Shown here piece by piece: positions 39,793 to 48,708 of a DNA stretch of 64,000 bases. The notes beneath the pieces were generated by a model. The model searched no databases. It was not told where the DNA came from and saw only the letters and a list, made by a program, of their open reading frames with translations. How positions within the stretch are numbered: position 1 is the first letter of the stretch; each line of letters starts with the position of its first letter. Source of the stretch: Candidatus Heimdallarchaeota archaeon (GTDB lineage Archaea > Asgardarchaeota > Heimdallarchaeia > Hodarchaeales > Hodarchaeaceae); contig DXJL01000113.1 of the NCBI GenBank assembly GCA_019057635.1, positions 1 to 64,000 of the forward strand. The letters are read 5' to 3'. Both the position numbers and the translations under genes were made by a program.

Positions 39793-40170
39793 TCACATTA
39801 GAATAGCGTCTACGGTTCCACTTTGTCCAGGACGAGAAGTTACACGAGCTTTTCCTTTATCAGTTTGAATAATAGCTCCCTTAGTAATGATTTTTCGTCG
39901 AGCAAAGTCTCTATTTGCGGGATTAGCTTCAACATCTAGTATTTCTACTTTTTCAGATGTTTTTTTATCTGGATGAGAGAGATTTGTGTATTTATGAGCT
40001 AATAGACGAATTTTTCGATTTCCTCCACGTGTTCTTATCATCTTACTTCTTTGATCGCTAAGAACTGTGAGCGCGGGTGGGCGGGATAGATCCCGTTTTT
40101 TCTTTTTAATCGCTGTGTGATAACGTCCACCGCTGGGTTTACGAACGGACCGTTTTTGTGATCGTGCCAT
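39793..40170 (-). CDS. rps8e: 30S ribosomal protein S8e
   Basis: RKPSGGR, RTRGGNRK, IITKGAII, VTSRPGQSG. Confidence 0.97.
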   Translation of the reverse strand: MARSQKRSVRKPSGGRYHTAIKKKKRDLSRPPALTVLSDQRSKMIRTRGGNRKIRLLAHKYTNLSHPDKKTSEKVEILDVEANPANRDFARRKIITKGAIIQTDKGKARVTSRPGQSGTVDAILM

Positions 40171-40248
40171 TAATATCTCCTCTGATTGTTATACGCAAGA
40201 GTATATTAGAAAGCCATTTATGTGGGCTTCTTCAATATTTGGGCAATC

Positions 40249-40575
40249 TTAACTTCGCTTATATCTTTCCTCTCTTTGCCTCTTCTTCCTGTCAAGATAT
40301 TTTTTCGACTTCTTACGCTTTATTTTCTCATGGGTGACTATTTCATCATTTATCTGAACACGTTCGTAAGCCGCTTTGCTTGCAGATATAACAATCCATG
40401 GACTTTGAGTTGAGCCAATCGCTTCGACTACGTCTCCAAGGGATTTTGATTTCCCTTCTATATCAACATATGCTTTAGATCCTATTTTAGGTAAATTTAT
40501 TCCTTTCAATTGAACAAGTACTTTTCCTTGTGTCTTAACGGTGCATTTACCGATTCGCATGGATGAGGGTGTCAT
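40249..40575 (-). CDS. gar1: H/ACA RNP protein Gar1
   Basis: LPKIGSKAY, LGDVVEAIGSTQSPWI beta-barrel; basic tail; adjacent to rps8e. Confidence 0.8.
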   Translation of the reverse strand: MTPSSMRIGKCTVKTQGKVLVQLKGINLPKIGSKAYVDIEGKSKSLGDVVEAIGSTQSPWIVISASKAAYERVQINDEIVTHEKIKRKKSKKYLDRKKRQREERYKRS

Positions 40576-40712
40576 AAGATTTCCCAGTTAACGTGAAATT
40601 GTGAATCATCTTTCAATATTTGCCTTGCATTTGTTAATAATCTCTTATTGGTTTTTTTGTGACAAGGAAGAAAGAAGAAAAACTAAATTTATCAGTTTGT
40701 ACTTCCTAAGTA

Positions 40713-41957
40713 ATGTGGAGAAAACAAAGTATGAATTCCTATGATGTCATTATAGTTGGGGGAGGGCCAACAGGTCTTTCTACTGCCATTACAATAGCAA
40801 AAAAAAGTGATCTCAAAGTCTTAGTTTTAGAAGAGCATTCTGAAATTGGAAATCCCCTAGCTTGTGGTGAGGGAATTTCCACAGAGAAGTTATTAACATT
40901 AAAAAATATGCCTCGGGTTTCCCAAGAAACTAACGGTTCGATATTAAAATTTCAGAAAGAAGAATCCTTTATCGAACGTGAAATTATTTCACAGCGTTTT
41001 TTTTTTGGTACAACAGGTGTAGCTACCTCAAATGTGAATACAGTAACAATTAATCGTCCTTTATTTGATAAGCTCCTCGCAAAAGAAGCTGAAGAGCACG
41101 CAGCAACAATTCAATTAAAATCCCAAGTCCTAGGAATCACAAAGAAAAATCAAAATTTGGAAGTAAAAACTCAAAAAAAAACTTTTTCGGCTCCACTGGT
41201 AATTGGATGTGATGGCCCATCAGCCCACAGTGTACAGATGATGAATTTGTCACCACCAACTGAGTATGTACAAGGGATAGAATATAAGATTGAGGGTGTA
41301 TATACTGATGCATTAGATTTCTATTTTAATTTTAGAGAGTTCCCTAAAATGCATTATGGGTGGGTTTTTCCTAAAAAATCACATACAAACGTTGGGATTG
41401 TCACTGATACAGCTTCTAAACCGAAAGAAATGCTAGTAAAATTCGTAGATTATTTAAATAATTCAAATATGAAAAAAAGTGCAGTTCTAAAAGAAATTGC
41501 TGGAATTATACCTGCTAGTGGCCCTATTCCTAAAAAATATTGCGATAATTACATGGTAGCGGGAGATGCAGCAGGAATGACAAATTCTATTTTTTATGGG
41601 GGAATTGCTATTGGTATTCACGCAGGAATGCTTGCAGGAGAAACTGCAATCAAGGCGCATGAATCTCAAAGATTTGACGATGAGTTCCTCTCGAAATATC
41701 AAATACGATTGGATTCTTTTCCATATTCGGATCCAGTGATTCAAAAAGCTCATGAAATATTATATAACAAATTGTCACCTGAAGATATTGAAACATTTGG
41801 GACTCTTTTAGATGGCTGGGATATAACAACGATTTCTAGCTTTCAAAAAATAATTTTACTGTTAAAAGCGTTGAAAAAACCTTCCACGCTTAGGCACATC
41901 AATGAGGTTCGTACAGTTGCATATGGCTTTAGTAAAAGCCGAGATTGGGGATTCTAA
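40713..41957 (+). CDS. Geranylgeranyl reductase family flavoprotein
   Basis: GGGPTG, PLACGEG, GCDG, YGWVFPK, GDAAG..GGI. Confidence 0.92.
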   Translation: MWRKQSMNSYDVIIVGGGPTGLSTAITIAKKSDLKVLVLEEHSEIGNPLACGEGISTEKLLTLKNMPRVSQETNGSILKFQKEESFIEREIISQRFFFGTTGVATSNVNTVTINRPLFDKLLAKEAEEHAATIQLKSQVLGITKKNQNLEVKTQKKTFSAPLVIGCDGPSAHSVQMMNLSPPTEYVQGIEYKIEGVYTDALDFYFNFREFPKMHYGWVFPKKSHTNVGIVTDTASKPKEMLVKFVDYLNNSNMKKSAVLKEIAGIIPASGPIPKKYCDNYMVAGDAAGMTNSIFYGGIAIGIHAGMLAGETAIKAHESQRFDDEFLSKYQIRLDSFPYSDPVIQKAHEILYNKLSPEDIETFGTLLDGWDITTISSFQKIILLLKALKKPSTLRHINEVRTVAYGFSKSRDWGF

Positions 41958-42095
41958 CTAGAATTACGACCAGAATAGCACCTTTACATTGTTAAGTCAA
42001 GACTTAATAATCCCATGTCGGTCAGTGGAAAAATGTCAGAACTCGTCAGAAAAAGCCAGTAATAACTCTAATAATACATACGAGGAATCTTAGAA

Positions 42096-42242
42096 ATGAA
42101 AAGTAATGCAAAAGCCTTCATTGCCTTTAGTATGGGAATAATTCTCCTTGCTACTGCAATATCAGAGGGTCAATTTGGAGACATTGCTGATTTGATAGTA
42201 GAAATCACTTCAAGTGCAATTGCAGGTATTCCAACACCATAG
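42096..42242 (+). CDS. Small single-TM protein (48 aa, not in ORF track)
   Basis: Read by hand: MKSNAKAFIAFSMGIILLATAISEGQFGDIADLIVEITSSAIAGIPTP; GAGG upstream; ends 9 bp before the 4Fe-4S protein. Confidence 0.6.
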   Translation: MKSNAKAFIAFSMGIILLATAISEGQFGDIADLIVEITSSAIAGIPTP

Positions 42243-42251
42243 GCGATCAAA

Positions 42252-43163
42252 ATGACATGGCACAAGAAAGGCAAGGCAAATTTGACAAAACTCCGTCTTC
42301 TGAGGACTTTTGTTCAATTTATTATGTTTTTATTAATGAATTTATCCTTTTTTCTAATTGGTGCAACTTGGCTAGTTTTACCAGTAGTAATGCCCAAATC
42401 AATATTCACCACTTCAGAAGGGGCATTTGATCTCCTTCAGCGTATGCTTACTACCGCTATTATTCCATTAATTCCACTGGCGTCTTTTTTCTTGATTGGA
42501 GCCGTTTTTGGAAGGATGTTTTGCTCCTGGGGATGCCCATTCGGTTTATTTCAGGACATAATTGGTTTCTTAACCTCTAGATTCAACAAATATGAACCTA
42601 CAAAAGATACAAATGATAGTTATAGACAGATAGGGGAATTCATTGTTGGAGGAACTGTTTTGGTATCAGTTGTGATCGGTATTGGGATAGGATTGGGTGA
42701 TGCAGAACAGGTAAAAGCATCTTTTGGGGTTTTTTCTGAGCAACCTTGGACAGCTTTAAGCCCCGCGACTTTCTTGTTTACGGTGATTCCTTTACTCTTC
42801 TACTGGGGAACTATTGATACCTTTTTTAGTTGGGAGACGTTTGTTCAAATAGATATATTTTTCTGGATTCGCTTTTTAATCTTCGCAGGAGGGTTAATAC
42901 TTATCATTTACGTTCCCCGAGGTTGGTGTCGATGGTTTTGTCCTGTAGGAATTATCATGGGCCAATTAGGTAAGAATTCTATGATAGGCGTTGGTAGAAA
43001 CATCTCAAAATGTACCCATTGTGGTATATGTGAAGATGTTTGTCCAATGGGTGTTCGAGTATTATCTCATCCTCCAGAGAAAGTTCGAAGTGAGCATTGT
43101 ACAAATTGTCTAGATTGTGTTGCAGCGTGCCCTGAAGATGCTATGGAAATTAAATTCCTCTAA
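42252..43163 (+). CDS. Membrane 4Fe-4S binding protein (NapH/YccM-like)
   Basis: GRMFCSWGCPFG, RGWCRWFCPVG and two CxxCxxCxxxCP ferredoxin motifs. Confidence 0.93.
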   Translation: MTWHKKGKANLTKLRLLRTFVQFIMFLLMNLSFFLIGATWLVLPVVMPKSIFTTSEGAFDLLQRMLTTAIIPLIPLASFFLIGAVFGRMFCSWGCPFGLFQDIIGFLTSRFNKYEPTKDTNDSYRQIGEFIVGGTVLVSVVIGIGIGLGDAEQVKASFGVFSEQPWTALSPATFLFTVIPLLFYWGTIDTFFSWETFVQIDIFFWIRFLIFAGGLILIIYVPRGWCRWFCPVGIIMGQLGKNSMIGVGRNISKCTHCGICEDVCPMGVRVLSHPPEKVRSEHCTNCLDCVAACPEDAMEIKFL

Positions 43164-43204
43164 ATTAGTACACAAATGCTTTCTTTGAACGGAAAAGATT
43201 CTTC

Positions 43205-43453
43205 TTAACCCCAACGAAGGCGATCTATTTCACGATCTTTCTTCAACTTCTTCTTTATCTTTCTGTAGTGATCGCTGCATAAATGTGCTTTAGTTACTTT
43301 ATCTTTAACTGATAAATTCAGTCCAGCTTCTTTAATTGCAGCACCAGCTTTTTCTTTCGAAACAGTTTTCTTGCTCTCATTCGAGCAACCTTCTACATCG
43401 CAATTTTTCTTTCCTGGAATTTCTCTCACATCGCTCTCAAAATTCTTTTTCAT
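43205..43453 (-). CDS. Small basic zinc-binding hypothetical protein
   Basis: CDVEGC..LCSDHY; overlaps the upstream stop codon (ATGA coupling). Confidence 0.7.
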   Translation of the reverse strand: MKKNFESDVREIPGKKNCDVEGCSNESKKTVSKEKAGAAIKEAGLNLSVKDKVTKAHLCSDHYRKIKKKLKKDREIDRLRWG

Positions 43454-44205
43454 AAATAAGGGGCAAGTTCAATATGACCAGGACTAGGTTGAAAAGAGAA
43501 TTTGGCATTTTCTAACTCTGATAGTGACATTCCAGGAACCTTTATTATCTGAAGAATGTCTGTTGGAGAAGGTTCTTTGCCATCAGAAGTCTCTTTTGTT
43601 AACCTGAGCACTCCATCACAATAATGTTCCACAGCTTGTATTATACGAGGAGAATGAACATCTCTGTGAAGTGTTAGAATACTTACAATTCCCATTTCCT
43701 TATCAGTGGCTATCTTATGTTGTAAAAACGCCATTGGCGCTTTGAGACTTTCTGATACAAGTAGGATTGTTGTTAATGAATCAAGAACACCACGAACAGG
43801 TTGGGAACGAACGTGCAGTAATGCTCTTCTAATTTGATCAGTTACTTCCCTAGGTTGTGTAATATCACGAATAACATTTTCTCCTGCAGTACTCGGTCTT
43901 CCTTCAGAATAACCAAAAGGATTTGAAAAAGCGTCCAAGAAAACAAGTCGTTTTGTTTCAAATGTAACTTCAGAAATATTATAGGGAACAAATAGAGGGG
44001 AATAATGCGAGAATAGATGCTCTGTTGATAAAATATATCCATATTCACCTGTTCTTAATCCTTCAGACAAAAACTGTACAAGAATATGTTCTGTATTTAT
44101 ACCTACTTCATCTTCCACCAATATTATGGATCCACGAGGAACCCCTCCACCTAAAGCGTCATCTAAGAGCGGAATTCCAAATTTAGCGCGATCTTCCATT
44201 GACAT
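43450..44205 (-). CDS. RecA/KaiC-superfamily protein with degenerate P-loop
   Basis: FGIPLLDDALGGGVPRGSIILV, VLDSLT, VEHYCDGVLRL; Walker A replaced by EDEVGINTE. Confidence 0.85.
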   Translation of the reverse strand: MSMEDRAKFGIPLLDDALGGGVPRGSIILVEDEVGINTEHILVQFLSEGLRTGEYGYILSTEHLFSHYSPLFVPYNISEVTFETKRLVFLDAFSNPFGYSEGRPSTAGENVIRDITQPREVTDQIRRALLHVRSQPVRGVLDSLTTILLVSESLKAPMAFLQHKIATDKEMGIVSILTLHRDVHSPRIIQAVEHYCDGVLRLTKETSDGKEPSPTDILQIIKVPGMSLSELENAKFSFQPSPGHIELAPYL

Positions 44206-44534
44206 CTTCTAATCTCCACACTATTCTTTCCTGATCAAGTAATTTAAAAATCTGTAAATATCTGATAATATGTACTTTTTCTCTTTTTTCTTTGTTTGAT
44301 GCTCAGTCTTGTTCATTTTCGATGATTTAAGAACTACCTATATCGTGACCTTAAAAGACTGTCTGTTTTACTTACCAGAAAGTTGAATATATTTGGCTTA
44401 ATAAGAGGTAGATTAATTATCTGGCAATTTATAAATAAATTTAAACAATTGCTTACTTATGGTTTGTAGTAGACTCTCTGAAACACTAAAATAAGGAATG
44501 ATGCGAACTTAACAATTGTCGGAGTCAAATACGA

Positions 44535-45323
44535 ATGAAGATTGAATTTATTGGAATACAAACGAAAATCATTACTACAAATGATAGAGATATTGTCCAG
44601 TTTGTTAAAAACGCCCTGAGGGAAAATGAATGTGAACTTCAGGATAATGATTTTGTAATTATAGCTAGTAAAATAATTTCAACAGTAGAAGGGTGTCAAC
44701 ACAAAATTTCTGATATTAAGGACATTAGACAAGAATCTTATGAACTAGCACAAAAATCTCGACTCGACCCCCGATTTGTGGAATTAGTTTTTCGTGAATC
44801 TGATGAAATAGTTGGTGCAGTACCAGGTGCAGTGCTTGCATTAAAAAATGGTATTCTTCAAGCAAATGCAGGGGTAGATCAGAGTAATTCGGGTGGTAAG
44901 GAATATTACATAACTTTACCTAGAGATCCTGTTGAAACTGCTAATAAAATTCATTTACAACTTGAAAACGAGTTGTCTGTCTTAATTGGAGTTATAATCG
45001 CTGATTCGAAGACCCATCCTTTACGTAGAGGTACATCAGGTTTTGCACTGGGTGTTGCAGGATTCTCACCTATAATTGATGACCGAGGAACTATGGACCT
45101 TTTCAATCGAAAAATGAACATAACTACAAGAGCTTTGGCTGATAACCTTGTATGTGGAGCAGAAATATTAATGGGGGAATCAAATGAGCAGATCCCAATA
45201 GTTATCGCAAGAGGATATGAAAAGATACCAGCACAAGCAATAATAGATGTTTATGAAAATAATGAACTGATGAAAATGAATCCTGTTCAATGTATCTATA
45301 TAGGTCCGCTCTGGAAGAAATAA
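44535..45323 (+). CDS. cofE: CofE-family gamma-glutamyl ligase
   Basis: IASKIIS, ANAGVDQSN, GVIIADS..PLRRG, DLF, MGESNEQIP. Confidence 0.9.
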   Translation: MKIEFIGIQTKIITTNDRDIVQFVKNALRENECELQDNDFVIIASKIISTVEGCQHKISDIKDIRQESYELAQKSRLDPRFVELVFRESDEIVGAVPGAVLALKNGILQANAGVDQSNSGGKEYYITLPRDPVETANKIHLQLENELSVLIGVIIADSKTHPLRRGTSGFALGVAGFSPIIDDRGTMDLFNRKMNITTRALADNLVCGAEILMGESNEQIPIVIARGYEKIPAQAIIDVYENNELMKMNPVQCIYIGPLWKK

Positions 45324-45342
45324 TTATTGAAAGGGATTAGAA

Positions 45343-46212
45343 ATGCAAATAGTTGGTGAAATTGGAGGTATCTCTTTTGGAGATGGATATAAGACTATAA
45401 TTATGGGGGTCATGAATCTTTCACCGTCTTCTTTTTACAAAGGAAGTATTAAAAAAACTCCAAGCGACATTCAGGAGAATATCCTTGAGTTTGTAAACGA
45501 AGGGGTTGATATAATTGATGTGGGAGCAATTTCTAGTGCACCCTCATTTATCTATAATTCTGTTGAGGATGAATCGGAATCTGTGGAATTAGAAAGATTA
45601 AAGATGTTTTTTGATGTAATAAATGAAATAGGTTGCAATATTCCCATTTCTGTTGATACTCAATCCCATAAAACAGCCAATTTTGTGTTAAAATCCGGTG
45701 CATCCATGATTAATGATATTTCAGGTTTAAAATCCGATCCAATGATGGCAGACACAGTTTCTGGTTATGACGCTTCGGTTTCTGTAATGGCTTGTCAATT
45801 TCAACCAGGAGATGTATTTAAAATCCCTGATATAATAAATGAGTTGGAAAAAAGCAAAGAATTAGCAGTAAACGCTGGTATTTCACGAAAAAAGATAATA
45901 ATAGATCCTGGATTAGGAGCTTGGGTACCAAAAAGAAATACAAAAAATGATTATATGATAATTAAACAATTAGAGAAAATGAGAGTTATAGACCAGCCTA
46001 TATTGGTTGGTATTTCACGAAAATCGTTTATTGGGGCAGTAATAGAGAAAACTTCCGAAGAACGATTGTGGGGATCCTTAAGTGCTACCTCCATTGCTAT
46101 TTCAAATGGAGCTCATATTGTTCGAACACATGACGTTAGAGAAACCAAAGATGCATGTTTAGTAGCTGATTACATAAAATTCCTAGATGAAAAAGAAACT
46201 TCTTATAAATGA
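45343..46212 (+). CDS. folP: Dihydropteroate synthase
   Basis: IMGVMNLSPSSFY, ISVDT, INDISG, IIDPGLG, GISRKSF, IVRTHDV. Confidence 0.94.
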   Translation: MQIVGEIGGISFGDGYKTIIMGVMNLSPSSFYKGSIKKTPSDIQENILEFVNEGVDIIDVGAISSAPSFIYNSVEDESESVELERLKMFFDVINEIGCNIPISVDTQSHKTANFVLKSGASMINDISGLKSDPMMADTVSGYDASVSVMACQFQPGDVFKIPDIINELEKSKELAVNAGISRKKIIIDPGLGAWVPKRNTKNDYMIIKQLEKMRVIDQPILVGISRKSFIGAVIEKTSEERLWGSLSATSIAISNGAHIVRTHDVRETKDACLVADYIKFLDEKETSYK

Positions 46213-46267
46213 TTCAGAGATTGAATATATGATACATAATCTTAAAACTTCAACGTAGGTTTACACT

Positions 46268-46873
46268 TTGACCAATCTAGATGAATTCTTTGGGGATAAT
46301 CAATCCCAAAATGTTGATGCACTAATCGCAGTAACCAAAAAATTCTTTGTGTTTGTTTCACAATTAGCAGAAATTGTCGATGATCTGGAAAGAAAGTATG
46401 CTGAACTGAGTAGTAGAATTAGTCAGATTTCCCAACAACCTTCGGCTCCACCTCAGCTCTCTGCTCCAGGATTAACCTCTTCACCCCCTGATTCTCAACC
46501 AATTGCTCCATCAGTTGGTCCTTCCCCACCAACCGCGCCTCCACCAAGCTTACCCACTCCACCAGCATTTCCAACTCCTCCATCGCCAGTACAAGCTCAA
46601 CCATCAGCAGTACCTACACCCGTTTCCGCGAACGCTCCCCCACAGCCTGCTGGATCCATGCCATCACCATCTAGTCTTCCACCCTTACCTGGACAATCAC
46701 CTGCCCCTCCATCACCAGGTTTAGCGCCACCTACCGTAGGTGGACAAATGGGAGGTGCACGGCCACCTACGCCTCAGGCTCATCCATCCCCAATGAGTTT
46801 GAAAGCTCAAATGAATATGGAATTAAAGGAAGCTTTTTCTCGAATACGTAAGGGATGGGATGAAGAGAAATAG
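46268..46873 (+). CDS. Coiled-coil + polyproline protein with helical, Trp/acidic C-terminus
   Basis: N-terminal heptads, ~120 aa Pro/Ser/Ala-rich segment, tail MELKEAFSRIRKGWDEEK. Confidence 0.75.
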   Translation: MTNLDEFFGDNQSQNVDALIAVTKKFFVFVSQLAEIVDDLERKYAELSSRISQISQQPSAPPQLSAPGLTSSPPDSQPIAPSVGPSPPTAPPPSLPTPPAFPTPPSPVQAQPSAVPTPVSANAPPQPAGSMPSPSSLPPLPGQSPAPPSPGLAPPTVGGQMGGARPPTPQAHPSPMSLKAQMNMELKEAFSRIRKGWDEEK

Positions 46874-46889
46874 ACAATAATGTTTGTTA

Positions 46890-47840
46890 TTACGTTCGTA
46901 CACCATACAGCAAATTTGCCAACTCTCTTAGGTGTACAATCCCTCTTATTTCATATTCAAAAGAGGGAATTTCTTGTAAATCGAATTCATCATATAAATC
47001 TTTAATTTTGCCTAAATTCTTGAGTTGATCATTATATCTATTCTTGCAGTATGTACACTCAGGATTATCAGGTTGAAGTTGGTTAATGTATATTCGTTTA
47101 ATAGGAAAAGCAACCTCAAATAATGTACGAATTAATCGCTCAGTTTCCCAGATTGCCATGACTGTAGGAATTGTAACTGCGACAAATTCAGTCTCTTCAT
47201 GATTGCTAAGATGAGTTCTCGCAATCTCAACCTGATCTCTCAATTCCTCTAGTTTATCAAAAGCATCTTGTTCATCAAGATCTGTTCCACCACCAATAAG
47301 AGATTTAAAACCACTCATCAATCCTCCAATACGACGGCGCATTTTTATCAACCGAAATAACCAATTTTGGGTCAATTCAGGTAATTGCAAAAGTTTTAAT
47401 GTGTGTCCAGTTGGAGCAGTATCGAAAACAACGATATCGTACTCGGGGTTCTGAATGAATTCTAACAACTGGATAAACGCGACTGTTTCGTCAGTACCTG
47501 GAGGGGAGAGAGAATTAGCATCTCCATCTCCTAATAATTCACTGAAAGCACCTGTTGGATCTTGTTGGCTTATCATTTCTGAATATGTACTCATTGCCTT
47601 ATCAGTACTCAGTTCAATTGCCCATAAATTATCAACATTATTTACCTTTATATAATCGTCTCCACCTATCTGTTGATCTAAACTATCAGATACAGAATGA
47701 GCTGGGTCAGTTGAAACTAATAATGTATTGTGACCTAAATCTGCAGCTCGGATAGCTGTTGCTGCGGCCATTGTGGTCTTTCCAACACCCCCCTTCCCTC
47801 CAAAAAATAAAAAATGTTTGTTAAATATTGAATTTGACAT
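46890..47840 (-). CDS. Get3/TRC40-type ArsA-family ATPase
   Basis: GKGGVGKTT, STDPAHS, PG.DE, FDTAPTGHTL, CTYC; single ATPase domain with insert RRIGGLMSGFKSLIGGG. Confidence 0.9.
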   Translation of the reverse strand: MSNSIFNKHFLFFGGKGGVGKTTMAAATAIRAADLGHNTLLVSTDPAHSVSDSLDQQIGGDDYIKVNNVDNLWAIELSTDKAMSTYSEMISQQDPTGAFSELLGDGDANSLSPPGTDETVAFIQLLEFIQNPEYDIVVFDTAPTGHTLKLLQLPELTQNWLFRLIKMRRRIGGLMSGFKSLIGGGTDLDEQDAFDKLEELRDQVEIARTHLSNHEETEFVAVTIPTVMAIWETERLIRTLFEVAFPIKRIYINQLQPDNPECTYCKNRYNDQLKNLGKIKDLYDEFDLQEIPSFEYEIRGIVHLRELANLLYGVRT

Positions 47841-48160
47841 AAAAGGGGAGGGTAGGGAACTAAAACAAGAATCTTTTGTTGAGAACTAATTTCGAATGAG
47901 TCCTCTAGAGCTTGATCTCAGACAGGATTTTGCATCTGAGGGTGTTTCTTTTGTCTTTCAAAAGGAATTTATCTTTTCTGATCGGTCAAATATTGTGGAC
48001 TTCTTTCTTGCACACCATACCTTCTAATAATTGTTGTACTACATATTCTCATGACTGAATTTATCGGATATACGCAAAAAGATAACTTTGTTGCATCACG
48101 ATGGAGACTAGCTACAGCAATGAGCTAGTTGATGACCTCAGGTGAATACAAATGACAACA

Positions 48161-48352
48161 TTTGATAGCATTTGTAATAACCGTTCTGAAAGACTTACCC
48201 AAAGAGGACAGCTAGGAATAATTGGGAAAAAATGTTCTTAACTATCTTTGGAGCTGTTCTTCCTGATTCAGCGACGCGAGCCGGCATTAATGCCGGTCTT
48301 ACCGCCTCTCCACAGGCGTTTAAGGTCTCCGCAGAACTCTCGGCGACGGGAA
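48161..48352 (-). ncRNA. TnpB omega-RNA (reRNA)-like scaffold plus flanking guide
   Basis: GC-rich structured tract GTCGCCGAGAGTTCTGCGGAGAC..GCCTGTGGAGAGGCGGTAAGACCGGCATTAATGCCGG..GAATCAGGAAG in AT-rich context; putative guide TTATTACAAATGCTATCAAA (48161-48180). Confidence 0.6.
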
Positions 48353-48641
48353 GTACACATGACTTTCCAGATTGATTCGCAGCTTTTCTTCTTATAAACC
48401 TATTAAGCCCTGTAATCAAAACAAATTCGCTTGTTTCCCGCTATTCTAATAGCAAGACGTTACCTAGCGCGTCATTTTAGGTATAATCCCATGAGATCGG
48501 TTGAACACTCTGTTAATCATGGATTGTAATCTCTACCCCCTTCTCCTAAGATATCCTGCCTTCTATTTCTCTTCTTTCCTAAAAATCATCTTGTCCTATT
48601 TGTCCATAAATGTCCATATCTGTCACTCTATCCGACAACAG
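48181..48641 (-). mobile_element. Non-autonomous IS607-family derivative (no intact tnpA or tnpB)
   Basis: Right-end-like GTAAGTCTTTCAGAACGG at 48181; TnpB C-terminal remnant (AA-INL; PVAESSAETLNACGEAVRP); left-end-like CTGTT at 48641 followed by (G/T)GACA direct repeats at ~10 bp spacing. Confidence 0.62.
48591..48626. repeat. Four short direct repeats (TGTCC/TGTCA) at ~10 bp period
   Basis: ttgtcctatt tgtccataaa tgtccatatc tgtcac; candidate serine-transposase binding array at an IS607 left end. Confidence 0.6.
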
Positions 48642-48708
48642 TATTTAACCCTAAGATTTAACAAGACATTCAAATTGGGAATAATTATACCTATATTAGG
48701 CGATATTT

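Noticed and set aside
46419-46724. His/Gln/Leu-rich and Val/Glu-rich ORFs overlapping the polyproline gene
   Set aside because: Compositional by-products of the CCA/CCT-rich proline codons read in other frames
46890-47840. Arsenite-resistance ArsA
   Set aside because: Single ATPase domain, no ars operon neighbours, and Get3-type CxxC and insert are present
48195-48419. 74-aa ORF as a real protein gene
   Set aside because: It is the read-through of a TnpB C-terminal remnant and omega-RNA scaffold, with no convincing start or domain
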